Counted from the first letter of the whole stretch, positions 23,351 to 36,300 are shown. The stretch is 63,438 nt of DNA, filler included, from Craspedostauros australis (GCA_030167865.1; 19 parts of 19 records of this genome joined end to end with filler, not necessarily neighbours in it), one strand, 5' to 3'. Numbers and translations: made by a program. The notes: generated from the letters alone by a model not told the origin.

Positions 23351-25280
23351 TCATCTCGGTATCAGCCCCTTGTATCGATACCGTTGCAGCTGGCTTTCGA
23401 TGCCCTCCAGTCCTCCGCTATGGACGTACATAATTTCGTACCCATCGCCCGAATCTGTGCTGGGAAGATCGAACAGCGTGTTGTCCGAACTTGATCCCCA
23501 ATGGCGCAGCATGATGGACCAGGCTGGTGCACCATAGATGAGATCCACCGTCAAGCCGCAATGCGTTCTCAGCTCTTCAAATGTTGCGTACACCTCCGCG
23601 TGCGGTTGGGCAAATGGGAAGTATCCATCATGGGACTTCGCAGCAGATGCCGAATCGGTGATCAAATTGCGATCAGAGTTGGGCGCATAATCCATAACAT
23701 GCGGGATGCTACAACCATCGGTCTTCGCAGTGCCCCTACATTGCAATATTGACATCATCTGACGTTCCGCATAGTCTCTGTCACCGACACAAGGCACTGC
23801 CACGACACGGATGGTCGGAGATGAATCATCCTGCCGTGTCAAGGATCTCATCTCGGCATGCACAAGCGCTGCCGTTGTGCAGGTTCCACCCGGTATGCAA
23901 ACAGCCAGCGGGCGTCCGTTGCCGACGCGCGACCAGTATTCATATATTTCGTTGGCGAGCATCTTTGCGCCAACCTTGGCTGGTTGGAATGCTCCACCTT
24001 GCGGGACCTGCTGATGATATATGTGCGTGCGTGTCAACATGTTATGCGCAAGAAGAGGCAGCAGCATTGTGAATGAGCATGCATGCGAGGATCCATACAA
24101 TATGGCATGGTACGTCATGGTACGCCATTGTGCAAGTATGATGGCAGCAGCGATGGTAGCGGCGCCACACAGAGCCATGCCGTTCACCGAGTATCGAAAC
24201 TGTAGCTTGCTGACCCCCCTTGCGCCAATCCGCACCAAAGGAGAGAACAGTGTTGTGGCACATATAAAACTCTTGAATGGGATCATCCTCGCATCTCAAC
24301 CATCAAACTCATTCGGCAACTTTCAACAACACACAAGGACGCCTGGTATGGATAGTACCACCATCAGCAGCAGCAGCAGCACCGCCGTGACTCACCCACA
24401 AAGAATCTCCATGTACCGGCGGCTGCAAGGACGGCGGAGGCGTCTCCGATCCACCCCATTCTCCTCCAAACAGCTCCTTGTATTCCGTCGGGGACAGCTC
24501 CACCAACTCCATTCCCAACTCCAACGCCTTCTCCAAATTCCCGTTGGGTTTCTGCTTCAGGAACTTGGGCAGCGCCTTGGCGTAGTACACGAACCGCGAT
24601 GCATCACGCCGCGACGCGACGATGGCCGCCAACGCAAGCATCGAGTTGCTTTGCGGTCCGCCGTAACTCACGAGACACGACGGCAATACGCCAATGGCAT
24701 TGAGAGAGATCATCTTGCGCGCCTTGTTGCCCGAGATGCGCGAACGCACGAGCTGCAACAGATCATCGCGCTGCACGTGCACATCACGGCCGCGCACGTT
24801 CACAATGTCGACCGATGCGGGCGTCGCGATCTGGTCCTCGCAATCGGAGGAGAAGTCGAGGTCCTTCCAGGCGTCGGCGTGGTTGTTTCCTTGCTCGTTG
24901 CTAACCTCGCATTCAGAAACGGCGTCGCTGTTTGCGTCCTCTGATCGTGATGATCGTGATCGCCGAGCGTGTTGTTGCACGTGCAGTTTCCACGATCCGT
25001 GGAGGGTTGCGCGTCGGAAAGCAGCACGTCTGAAGTGGAACGATTTGATCCGCATCGAGTTGGTTTGGAGAGCATGAGCCATTCCGATGAATGTCGGGCG
25101 CATGATAGGCATTGCCATCACTCCTCGTATGGTGGTGCCTGGGTTCATGCTGAGAACCGCTGATTTGGATACCAGCCCGAGGAACGTCACCATGGCCAAT
25201 ACGAGGTGCAGAACGAACGACCGTCGCTTTGATGCTCGTGTACTTGAGCCCGTGCTCGATCCACGGATGTGCGTCGGCAT
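23351..25280 (-). CDS. PLP-dependent D-cysteine desulfhydrase / ACC deaminase family protein, ~513 aa; exons 25280-24396, 24007-23351
   Basis: RDDLL...SGNKARK (PLP lysine), SYGGPQSN, PGGTCTTA, DLIYG and YVHSGG motifs. Splicing gtgagt (24395) to cag (24008) restores LWVPQGGA. Hydrophobic N-terminal leader. Confidence 0.88.
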
Positions 25281-25633
25281 GGCTTTCGTTCAGGGCCTTG
25301 CCATTCTGTGTGATGTGGTCTCCTGTCCACAAGTACGTACGACTGCACCTGTTCGCTTGTTGGCCTCCTCCATCATGCGCCCTATCTTGACTACTCCTGT
25401 TGGTTTGGGTCGGTGCAGAAGCGTCGCAGAAAGGAATGAACTATAATACGATCTATTATATAATACAAGTATTGAGAGAGACCTGGCGTGGCAAACTCCT
25501 ATCCTCTCTCTCTCTCTCTCCGGAGGTCTTGGTATTGTGCTCTACTATTGATTTTGAAGGCGATGTCAACTTCAAGTCAACATATCTAGTCTCAATATCA
25601 GTCTACCAATACGCAATTGACTCGTGTGGTGCG

Positions 25634-26470
25634 TTACGTATCGGACGAGCGGAGTGGGGTCTGTGCATCCTCGTTGCGGGTGTTGAGATTGATTACCGCC
25701 CGAGTGTGCTGCGATCGCAGCAAGTGTTGGATCATCTCTGTAGCACCTTTCTCGCAAAGCATGTGGAGTGAAGTGCTGCCGTGCATATCTTGGAGGTTTG
25801 GATCGAAGGTCACATTCTTGCTGCTATCGCCATGCAGGAACTCCAGCATACTTTCCACCACCTCTATGTGGTTCATGGAACAAGCGATGTGAAATCCAGG
25901 CTGGCCAAATGCGTTCTCGACGTTCATGTCGATGCCTTTGTCGTCCATGTGCCGAAGAAAGCATTCCACTACGCTTCTCCGGCCCTTATAGCAAGCAGAG
26001 TGGAACGGCGTTGTGCCTACCGCCCCTGGGGAAATGGCATTGGTATGTTCGAACTGAAGTAACGCCCAGACTACACGCACGTGCCCCTTCTTGGCAGCAA
26101 CATGCAATGGTGTGGAACCAAGGAATGTAGCCTGGGCATTGACATCGATGTGGTGAGCTTGAAGTAAGTCTTGGACCACATCAGCATGCCCTTCCTCGCA
26201 AGCGATATGCAATGTGGTGGTGTCATCTGCAGCCCGCAGGTTGATATCGACATCGATACCATCGCCCAACCTATCGCTATCGAGGCTGGATCGCAGCAGG
26301 TAGTCGACTTCGTTGACGTGTCCGCGTGAACAAGCAGAATGTGGCGGCGTTTGCCCCAGCTTGTTCCCAGCCATCATATCGGCAATTCCCCCTTTCCCAC
26401 CAGGAATACACCGCGACTAGATCACCTTCCTGGCATGCCTCATGGAGAGGGTTGTTTCCGAGATGCTCAA
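25634..26470 (-). pseudogene. Ankyrin-repeat gene, frameshifted (pseudogene or assembly indel)
   Basis: About 7 ankyrin repeats (NPLHEAC, TPPHSAC, TTLHIAC, TPLHVAA, TPFHSAC, GFHIAC, TSLHMLC). The first repeat is in a different frame from the rest (shift near 26385-26405) and the last ends at QTPLRSSDT*. Confidence 0.7.
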
Positions 26471-27458
26471 TCGCACCAACCAGTGCTGTGAACAGAAGTA
26501 CAGTGCGAGTAATTGCATTACAGATAAGACAGAGCAGAAAGTGTGCAAATGAAAATGCAATTGAGAATGAAGGAAGGCGGCGTTGAGACGACATCGACAA
26601 TACCGACATACACGAGCACGCTCTCCAGAGAGAGAGAGAGAGAACGTGGAATTGACAGACGAGGCAGACGCGGAGAGGGAGGCAGACAAACATCTTTTGT
26701 CCTACTTCCAGCAACCACAGGCCCGATCACGTGGCCTTTGGTTGTAGCGCCGCATACGTCGCTTGACCCCATTTCACGCTCCAAGGCATGCAGATACATT
26801 CGTTCTCACATCAAAGGCTGTACTCTGGCACAGAGTACTCCGTCTCAACGCAACCCACCATTCCATAGGTCCTCCTCCTCCATCGTGTTCGCCCCTCAGT
26901 AGTGGATCAAGGGGGGCGTCTCTTGCTGTCCAGTTGACAGGATGGTGGTGGTGATGATGATGATACGATGATACGATACCAATAGCGATTGGAATCACCA
27001 TGTCCGCTTTTGTGGGGGACGTGTCATCAACTGGCATCGTTGCCCAAGTGACTCCAAATTTGATCGCCATGTTCTCGTGTCACCTTTGTGGCATTGATGC
27101 CAACCGTCATTTTATAAGAGCCCCCCGAGTGAGTCGACCTGCACTTTGTCCTGGGACTCAACATCTTTTTTCTCGGATATCCAAACAAATCACATATTCA
27201 TAATCCTCATATTCTAAAACCAAATAATGATTCAAATTACTTTCCGGTTAGACCTTAGTTTAAGTTTTATGGTCCCATCAAGGTGCTAATTTTTAGACTG
27301 ATTTAGGGACTCAGCCTTTGACAGACGACTACATCGATCCAATTTAACCCTTTGCTGTTCTTTGTTTCAGCAGCTTTGTTCCGATTTTGAATTGTTTAGT
27401 CTCTTTTTCAGGTGTTCGGACGACACCATCCAACAGTCCATCCACGATAGCACTAGTT

Positions 27459-27558
27459 NNNNNNNNNNNNNNNNNNNNNNNNNNNNNNNNNNNNNNNNNN
27501 NNTTAATTAATTAANNNNNNNNNNNNNNNNNNNNNNNNNNNNNNNNNNNNNNNNNNNN
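27459..27558. other. Artificial contig linker N44-TTAATTAATTAA-N44 (first of 18; others start at 29213, 30486, 32029, 33214, 36983, 41302, 42675, 44207, 45541, 46839, 49092, 50872, 54036, 56759, 58593, 60983, 62151)
   Basis: Identical 100-bp structure each time. The 12-mer gives stop codons in all six frames and the flanking sequences are unrelated. Confidence 0.98.
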
Positions 27559-29133
27559 ACTACCATTTTTCTGCAGCAAAAAGCTGGACCACAAATGCCA
27601 AGGATAGTTTACTCCAGAGGCATGGTCCCAAAACAAATACTACAAAGTGGACTAGGAAATCAGGTTGGTCAGAAGCGAGGAGGAGTTGGAGATGGGGCAA
27701 CTCGCGCAAGAGGGGTGCTCACTTTCTCGATCTTGACGAAGAGGAGATGATTGAGCTACCCGCAGAGGATGTTGAATGGGAAGGCTACATGGATGAACAA
27801 GGCAACATGAAATTGGTGCTGCTCCTGGAATTCGAGGTTGAAATGACATCCAACCCAAGAACACAGAACAGGGACAACAGAACAGAAACAACTTTTGCAA
27901 CATTATCAGTGGCCCAGCAGACCGCCCATCTTGGGGCCGCAATTGGAAACACTGCAAAACACAAGTCAGCCAGGCCACAGCAATTCGCAGCAGACCCGGC
28001 AGCCAAAACAGACTTCGACCCGGACAACCCAAGTAACAGCATCCCAGAGGAAGACGAGCATGAGCCTGACAAGAGTGACCAGATGAAGACCCAGAGGTTG
28101 GGAGAACATGAGGACAATGGTGACAGCTCAAGCGAGACTGACAGCGACGACGAGGACGAGGACGAGGACAGTCAAGGAGACCACAAGATGGAAGACCCCA
28201 TGGACACAGATCCAATCACACCTGAAGGCCAAGGAGCCATGAGACAGGAGTAGAAAACAAAAAAGGAGTAGAAGCAAGCAAAACACAAAGACAATAAGAA
28301 CCAATAACACAACAATACAGAAACACACCAACACAACTCAAGGATCATGACAGTGATTGCCAATACTTTCTCACCAAAACAAAGCAACAGAGAACAAGGA
28401 AAGAAGCCAGTACCACCAAAATAAGTGGAGCAAGACAACAACGGATATTGGCCACAGGGCAGATGCACTGGACTATACCACAGCGTATAAGGGACAGCAC
28501 AATGACAGACATGACTGTCCACACAGAAGCAAGTAGGCTGAACAATGCTTGTGGGGGTGCGATGAACAACAAGACCAGGGCGATGATATGCATCGTCTTC
28601 CAAAACGCACCCCAGATACCCATACACTCATACCAACAGAAAAACAAAGAGGTCTTCGACTTCATCAGGATGAGCGACCTTGACATGCTATTCATGACTG
28701 AGACTAACACAAGATGGGGCCATGTGCGACCCACAGACCAATGGTCGGAGCAAGGAAGACGTCGGATCTCCAGGTCCAAGCACATTTTCTCGTACAACAC
28801 GCACGAAGCAAAGCGGGACCTGAGGGTTTACGGCGGTGCAAAAATTGTGGTATCTGCGCAGTTGGCGGCTCACACATTCCAAAGTAGATTTGACGAGAGC
28901 AGGATGGGGAGATGGTGTTGGACTCTATCAGAGGGCAAAGGAAGCATACTACTGCAAGCAGTTTCTGCCTAAAGGCCATGACAATCCACCAAAGGACACA
29001 GTACTGTGTGGGCACGGCAATCAATGGTCCTGGATGCCGAAGGAAGAGAGGAAGATCCGCATGAAGCATGGACCAGAGACTTGCTGGAGGAACTACACAG
29101 ATGGAATGTGGAAGGAAACACCATCATGATTAT
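27559..29133 (+). mobile_element. Degenerate Ambal-like non-LTR retrotransposon, family B (ORF1 C-terminus plus APE endonuclease remnant)
   Basis: LPFFCSKKLDHKCQG*FTPEAW...FEVEMTSNPR aligns with 48760-49091 but has stops and a frameshift. Downstream ICIVFQN...DMLFMTETN...DESRMGRWCW...VSA*RP is an APE-type endonuclease. Confidence 0.85.
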
Positions 29134-30973
29134 CAGCACAAAATCGAATAGTGCTAAGTACGTTACTCCCGTAGCCCCCACTATCTATAAATTTCACTTG
29201 TGTTCGGTTCAGNNNNNNNNNNNNNNNNNNNNNNNNNNNNNNNNNNNNNNNNNNNNTTAATTAATTAANNNNNNNNNNNNNNNNNNNNNNNNNNNNNNNN
29301 NNNNNNNNNNNNATTGTGGTGCCAACCGATGTGTTCTTCACATGCTATGATCAGTTCCTTATATCCTGATATCATCCATTGCGACTTCGTTCATCGCATT
29401 GCGTTGTAGTTGATTATGGTTGATAAGTTCTGCAATAGCGTTTTAGTTCTACTTCGGAATACCGTAGGAACCGTCTTGGCAACAACAACTTGGATGCATG
29501 TGTATCGTTGCGCCCTTCCTGTTTGGGAGAGCAATGATCCCTTGGTTAGCAGCAGCACACAATAGCAGTCCAGAATAGAGCAGAGTCGACTGTTTCACAC
29601 TGAGGAGTTCAACCTCGCCATTGTCTCACCGCTCTTCTTTGGATCTTCCGCATCGCTGAGCATCTGCAACTGCGCCGCGCAAAATGTCCACGCCATGTGC
29701 GCGCATTTTAGCATGTGCCACGCGCGCAATGTAGAGGCCAATGTTCGATTGGCCATAGTTGCGCTGGAGATCGTATAGAACATTAGGCTACCTGCACAGA
29801 ACGGTTCGAACGCGGTTTGATAGAGCACGGACAGCGACTGCGTCAACGACCCCACCCATCGCATGAGCGCAGGATAGGTGGCTAGTCTTCGCGAGAGTGT
29901 AGCAATCGGCGCCAACGAAAACAGTTGTGGCGCGTGATCAGAAAGCGATGTTTCCCAGCAATGATAGCACGCGATACAGCGACGAGATGAACTTGCAGTT
30001 GGTATATCTTTGGAGGAAGTGAGATTCGAAGGCTAACACTACACGGTCAGGTGCAAGAGAGGATATTGCGTCGATTGCAAGAAGAATCACGATGATCCGA
30101 CGTCAGGGCGATGCACAACCTTGTATCAAGTAGAGAGACTCAGGTGAGAAACACAGTCCGACTCAACAACACGTAAAAACGCACGATAATTTTTGGCGCC
30201 AACTTTTGTGCGTTCACGGATCGATGATCATGGCTGTCACGAGCATTAGTGACTAACTTTAAACACCCAAAGCAACACACAAAGGCATCCTGCACCGCTG
30301 ACCAGCACACCACCCGAAGCAGAATGAAGCGACGAATACAACCATGCCATTCACTTGAGCAATAGACGAAACAGAATTGGATGCGGGTCTTTGGAAGGCC
30401 GTCGGCCGAGATTGGACCAAGAAGCAATAAATTATTGTACCAGAACGTCGTAGACTCTACGTGGTTACCAATGGTTACCAACGAANNNNNNNNNNNNNNN
30501 NNNNNNNNNNNNNNNNNNNNNNNNNNNNNTTAATTAATTAANNNNNNNNNNNNNNNNNNNNNNNNNNNNNNNNNNNNNNNNNNNNACGTTAGCATCTGCG
30601 ACATGATCTCACATTTTGCTCGTCACAAAACACATGACACAAAACACATCACACAAAACACATCACACATCACACAAAACACATCACACACACATCATCG
30701 ACATCCGTTCACAAATTCAAACATCATCGCCACACGTTCGCTCTATTTCGCAACTTTCTTCGCCAATGCCATGCGCACTCGCTGTTGTGTTCCATGCGTG
30801 TGCTCGCTCTAGTAGTGTAGTAGTAGTAGTAGTAGTAGTAGTCGTTGTTGTTTTTGTTGTCAACAAATGGTCGACCATTCATCGTATGCTCTCCGTCGTC
30901 ACTTCGTCTCATACCAGTGCAGTTCAACACATCCAACCAAGTATCAACTATACCCTACACCAACAACTACAAC

Positions 30974-32028
30974 ATGCCTCTCTCCACCACCGCCAAGGCC
31001 AAGGATGCCAACCCCTCCCCCTGTAAGAAACCTCGCGCTCACCCTGTGTCTGCTCCTCCTGTTGACTCCAAGGGAAACTTGCTCCCTACCGCGGAGCAAC
31101 TGTTGCCTGACAAGCCATCCGCTGCGTTGAGGAAGCCAACCACGATCACGCAAGTGATCGATGTGAAGCCGATGCATGCAGCGGATGGCAGCCTCGTCCC
31201 GAACGGTACGCATGCGCACGCCAGCGAGCTGCATGTGTACGTTCACATCCTCCACGACAACGGAGGCGTCTTTGACGACTCCAACGTCAAGGTGCGATCA
31301 GAGGGACGAGGTGTCGGCGATGGAACAGTGGTGAGCGTTGTCGTCAACGCGCCACCCTTGCCTTCTGTGCCTGACATTGCTCCACCTGTCGAGCCTACCC
31401 CACCAGGGAGGCTTCCCCGGCGCTGCAACACTGTAGTTGCCGGGGGGTACGCAGATCCCTCTATTGACAGTGACAGCACATACGTTGGCGAGGAGGAGGA
31501 ACAGACGCGCGCCGGCTGGAGCAGGAGGGGCAGCAGGATTGGGTGTGATACAACAGAGGAGGGGAGCTGGAGGCGTGATGCTGTGATCCGCGTGATGGAG
31601 GAGCTCACCGATGACATCGACATGGACGTCTTTAATTGCATGCCTGCTACGGGATTCATGCTTGGCGCCAAGTGCGACAGGCCAACCTGGTGGCACTTAA
31701 CACGTGTGTGGGTCACTGTGGCTACTGCGCTCTGGGGTGTCTTGCTCCCTCACGAGGAATTGCCAACGCGCCAGATGCAACAGGTGGTGGCGTTTGTCCG
31801 CGCTCGCGCGGATCTACCGCCAACTACACTTGGTCTAAATCTATACACCCTATGTGTTAGGGGAGAAGCGACACTGGCCAACGCTGCCAGAGCTGTGCTC
31901 GCTGCATCTACGTCATTCACTAACAGCTCCGCAATCCTGTCTCATCACGTGAAGACTCTTCCGGAGGAACAACGCAATCGTGTCGAGCCCGGACGCGCTA
32001 CAATGACCCGGAGTCAGCTCACGACGTT
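30974..32028 (+). CDS. Hypothetical ORF, 3'-incomplete at contig end
   Basis: Over 350 open codons from ATG 30974 after a CA-rich, microsatellite-containing leader. No recognisable domain; could be TE-derived. Confidence 0.5.
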
Positions 32029-32128
32029 NNNNNNNNNNNNNNNNNNNNNNNNNNNNNNNNNNNNNNNNNNNNTTAATTAATTAANNNNNNNNNNNNNNNN
32101 NNNNNNNNNNNNNNNNNNNNNNNNNNNN

Positions 32129-32607
32129 CATTGGTTGCAGATCACCGGGAACCCTCTTGGTGTTGTCAGCCCTTCCTCTGGCCGAATCCATGCCCTGCAC
32201 TCTCTGTGTGCCGGCTCTCCGCACGTGATGCACCTGACTGCTGCTGCCGCCCTTCCTCTTCCCTTGCAGTACTTCCCCGCTGCGCACTCGACTTTTCGTG
32301 CACCTCTCCCTTGCTTTCCATCGTTCTTGCCCGTTTCCTGTCCAATTCTTCTCCTGCTCAATCCATCTTGCGCCTCTCCTTCTCTTCTCTCCACTCCTGT
32401 TGTTTTGTTGTTGTTGATTGCTCCTCGGATGTACGCTTCCATCGGCATTTGGCCTGACGGTCTCGTCATCTTGCTCCTCGGTGTCGTCATCGTTGGTTCG
32501 TTGTTTTACTGGTTATTTTTGCTGTCTGTTGTCTTTCTTTGATTTGTTTATTCGTGTTTGTTTGCTGCGACAATTTCTTCCGGAATTTTGGTTCCTTTTG
32601 AAAATTG
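32129..32607 (-). mobile_element. 5' end (UTR plus ORF1 start at 32490) of Ambal-like LINE family A
   Basis: Reverse complement matches 33314-33741 and extends about 50 bp further 5', to a junction with family B sequence. Confidence 0.88.
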
Positions 32608-33213
32608 TAGCTGTGCAATCGAGTACACTCCTTGGGTTTTCATAGTCTTCTTGAATTGAACCTGGTGGGCTACCATGGAGCTCAGACTAGCGAGTTCTCC
32701 AGGGGGTGGTGGAATCTTTGGTCCAACGTGTCAAGCATGAACCGCATCTGCTTGTCAAGCAACCGGACCTTGTCAGCACATTTGTTGAAGAGTGCTTTCC
32801 TGTCTGTTTGGCATTGGAACGAGCGCGACTCTCCGCACATGACGTGTGTCGCTCTCGGTCTGTTGCGGTAGTCTTCGCCTTCTACCTGGTGTTGCCCTTG
32901 CTTTCTCACAAGGTGAATCTCCTGGATCCTCAACTGGACTGTGAACTTGTTTTGGACTAGTTCGCTCATGTTGATTGCCTTCGTCAGATCATCAGTGTTG
33001 GTAGTGCTGTGGCTCCCAAACAACCAGCTGGCTGCAACGATGCTGTGCTCCTGGATATCTGACTTGCAAAAATGAATGGCTGCCATGCTCAGGGTACCGT
33101 CATTGTCAAATGCTTCAATCTCCTGCTTATGAGCAACCCACAGTCTGCTGTACATCATCGATCCCGTCTTTGCATAGAGACTCTCCACAATTTGTTTCAG
33201 GGTCTCCCTTGTG
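32608..33213 (-). mobile_element. Degenerate ORF1 fragment of Ambal-like LINE family B
   Basis: ESLYAKTG..YSRLWVAHKQ...RPRATHVMCGES...LDQRFHHP...SSMVAHQV..KK.M.TQGVYSIAQL is colinear with 48000-48576, with one frameshift. Confidence 0.88.
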
Positions 33214-33313
33214 NNNNNNNNNNNNNNNNNNNNNNNNNNNNNNNNNNNNNNNNNNNNTTAATTAATTAANNNNNNNNNNNNNNNNNNNNNNNNNNNNNNN
33301 NNNNNNNNNNNNN

Positions 33314-36300
33314 ACACGAATAAACAAATCAAAGAAAGACAACAGACAGCAAAAATAACCAGTAAAACAACGAACCAACGATGACGACACCGAGGAGCAA
33401 GATGACGAGACCGTCAGGCCAAATGCCGATGGAAGCGTACATCCGAGGAGCAATCAACAACAACAAAACAACAGGAGTGGAGAGAAGAGAAGGAGAGGCG
33501 CAAGATGGATTGAGCAGGAGAAGAATTGGACAGGAAACGGGCAAGAACGATGGAAAGCAAGGGAGAGGTGCACGAAAAGTCGAGTGCGCAGCGGGGAAGT
33601 ACTGCAAGGGAAGAGGAAGGGCGGCAGCAGCAGTCAGGTGCATCACGTGCGGAGAGCCGGCACACAGAGAGTGCAGGGCATGGATTCGGCCAGAGGAAGG
33701 GCTGACAACACCAAGAGGGTTCCCGGTGATCTGCAACCAATGTATTGCAAAAGAAGGCATTGAAGTCAAAAAAGAGAAAACAGGACAGCAATACGTGGGG
33801 TCATCGGAAGACGCCATCCGGAGAGCATTGAGCAAGAAGTGGGGCAAGATGAAGAACACGAAAGGTAACGACGACAGCACGACAAAGGATGGAGAAGAAC
33901 TGCAGGGAGAAGAGAGTGAGAAGGTAACACAGTCACAGGAACCGACAGCAAACGAGGAGGATGGGGAAGCAGACGCAGAGGCAAGCGGCAAGCCAGGCGA
34001 GGAAGACAGGGATGCAGAAAGAGCGGACGACAGTAGCGAAGATGAGAACGAATGGACAGACGAATGGGAAGCGACTACAAATGGAGGAGGAGAGGACGCC
34101 CAACGAGAGAAAGGAGGTGCACCAGGAGGGAATAAGAAGAGGATGGCGAGAAGCCCACGACATGCGATGCAAGAGGAACAACCACACAAAAGGAAGGACC
34201 TGCGTAGAATGGGAGGAGAGAAGGAAGCTGAGGAAGCCAAACAAGAAGACGGAAGCAAGAACAAGGAGCAAGAAGGACCAAAGGAGAACGCAATCAACAG
34301 CTGCGGCGAAGAGGTACAACAAGAGGAGGCGGCGGAACCCCACAAACCGGAAGAAAGCATGGATTGTGATGATGTCACACAGGCAGGCAGCAATGAAAGT
34401 GGGTTGAACTGGAGGCGAACGGGCCGTGACGAGGCGGTGGAAACGAGGTACTGCGATGTACAAATGATGATAGAGGGAGGAGACGGGGCGAACGACGCAG
34501 GAACGGCGATTGACGCGGCCATCGCGTCATGCAAGGAGTTTCTACGATCGATTCAAAGAGTGAATGCGACAGCAAAGCTCATCCCATGGAACCCCTATGA
34601 AGATCAGACCATCGTCCATGCCATGGAGTCATTTCCCACCGACATGACCAACCTGAAGAAATTCTTCAAAGGCGTACGACCGATCTACAAGGCAGCACGA
34701 GAGAAAGGATATTTGAAGGTGAAGATCGAAGCAAAAGGGCAGATCAGCAAAATCACAACGGAGCTGACTGACTACTTCCAGCACGTGGGAGGAAGATTCG
34801 AAGTAGCCAAAATCCAGGCACCATCCACAACAACGCTCGGTTGGCTGCTGTATTCTACACGACAGATTGACGCAGACGCCCTGGAAGAGGAGCTAACCAA
34901 GCTCGCGAAGACGCAGGTCGCCATCACATGGAAACGGATCTCGGACGGCGAGAAATACGACCCGAACCGGGATACAAAGAAAGATCCCCGGGCGTTACAT
35001 GTGGAGTCGAGCACAGAAGACAGAGCTTTGGTGGCAAAGGTACTCGAAGTGTACTACAGCACCCAGGCGAAGAAGTTCCCACTGGGAGTACGCATGCGGA
35101 TCATCACACCTCTCTCAGGAATTGTCAATACCGACATGAGGAAAGGGTGGTTTGAGCTGAGAGAAAGGCAGATGGAATGGTGCCTGAATGTGGTCGCAAT
35201 GACAACATACGACATCATCCCGGAGTGCCTGCAGGAGATCCCAGAAGGGTCGCACCTAACGCTTCGAGAGATGATCATGAGAATCAAGTCGACCTCAGGC
35301 AACGTCCGAACGCCTCTGTTCACCTCGGTGGACAAACAGTGGAGAGGAAACGGATACGTGCTCCAATTCCACCCGGACAAAGCGGCGGAAGCCAGAATGG
35401 TCGTGAAAGGGCTGCTGGTAAGACTGACTGCCGACTACGGGAGTGATGTGGAACGAGTGTTCACTTCAATGGCCCGCGTGGAATCAAGGACGATGCGATG
35501 GGACGAAGAGTCCAAACGAGTGATCTCGGAAAAGGACAAAGAGGTCGAAGCGGCGATGACCATCGACGAGGACATGCACTTCATAACAGACAAGACACAA
35601 GAAGAGTCCAGCGACGAGGAGGAGGAGAGATTCGAGAGCAACGCCAGAAAGGAGAAAGACTACGGAGAAGAGGACACGATTCCATCCATGAGAGACAAGA
35701 AGGCATGGCGAAAAATCAAGGAAACGAAGACAGCACAAAGAAAGCAAGCGCAGAAGAAGAAGGAGGAGGAGGCTTCGGTAGCATCATCTATCACAGACGG
35801 AAGCAGACAGACCACAGGAACACAACGAGAGAAAGTGGCGATGCTGCAAGAACAGATGGGGAAAATACTGGAAGCAAGAGCACAAGGGTCAGTAACATCG
35901 ACACTCTCGGGAAGCACAGGTCGAACGACAGGAACGACAAGGGCGATGATGGCATCGATGCAGAGACATGGAGGAGATGCAAAGAATGTTGATATCAACG
36001 AATGAGGAGAATGCAAGACTCAGGTCCGAGAGGCAAGATGTGCAAGAACGGACGGATGTAAGACCACCGACGGTCCAGTGCGATACATCAGCCATCAGAA
36101 TGGGCGACAACCAGGACGAGGTGCACGACAATGAAGAGAACGGGGAACCGCAAGGCGACCCGGAGAAGGGTTAGACCCACAGGGCAAGATCGACAGCCAG
36201 TGGCAGCACGGCGACCGCATCAGAGCCCGCAACGAGCGCCCACGGACGACAATGTTATACCGCAACAGCAAGACCGTGGAAAGGACGAGGGAAGCAGAGG

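Noticed and set aside
27344..27360. TTAACCCTTT as a piggyBac left terminus
   Set aside because: Too short, no matching TIR, and unlike the terminus at 44724.
29313..30485. Coding potential in this contig (also 54136-55900 and 62700-63438)
   Set aside because: Only short interrupted ORFs without recognisable motifs.
33329..34534. 401-aa antisense ORFs (also 37098-38303)
   Set aside because: Ser/Phe/Leu-rich shadows of the purine-rich LINE ORF1 strand.
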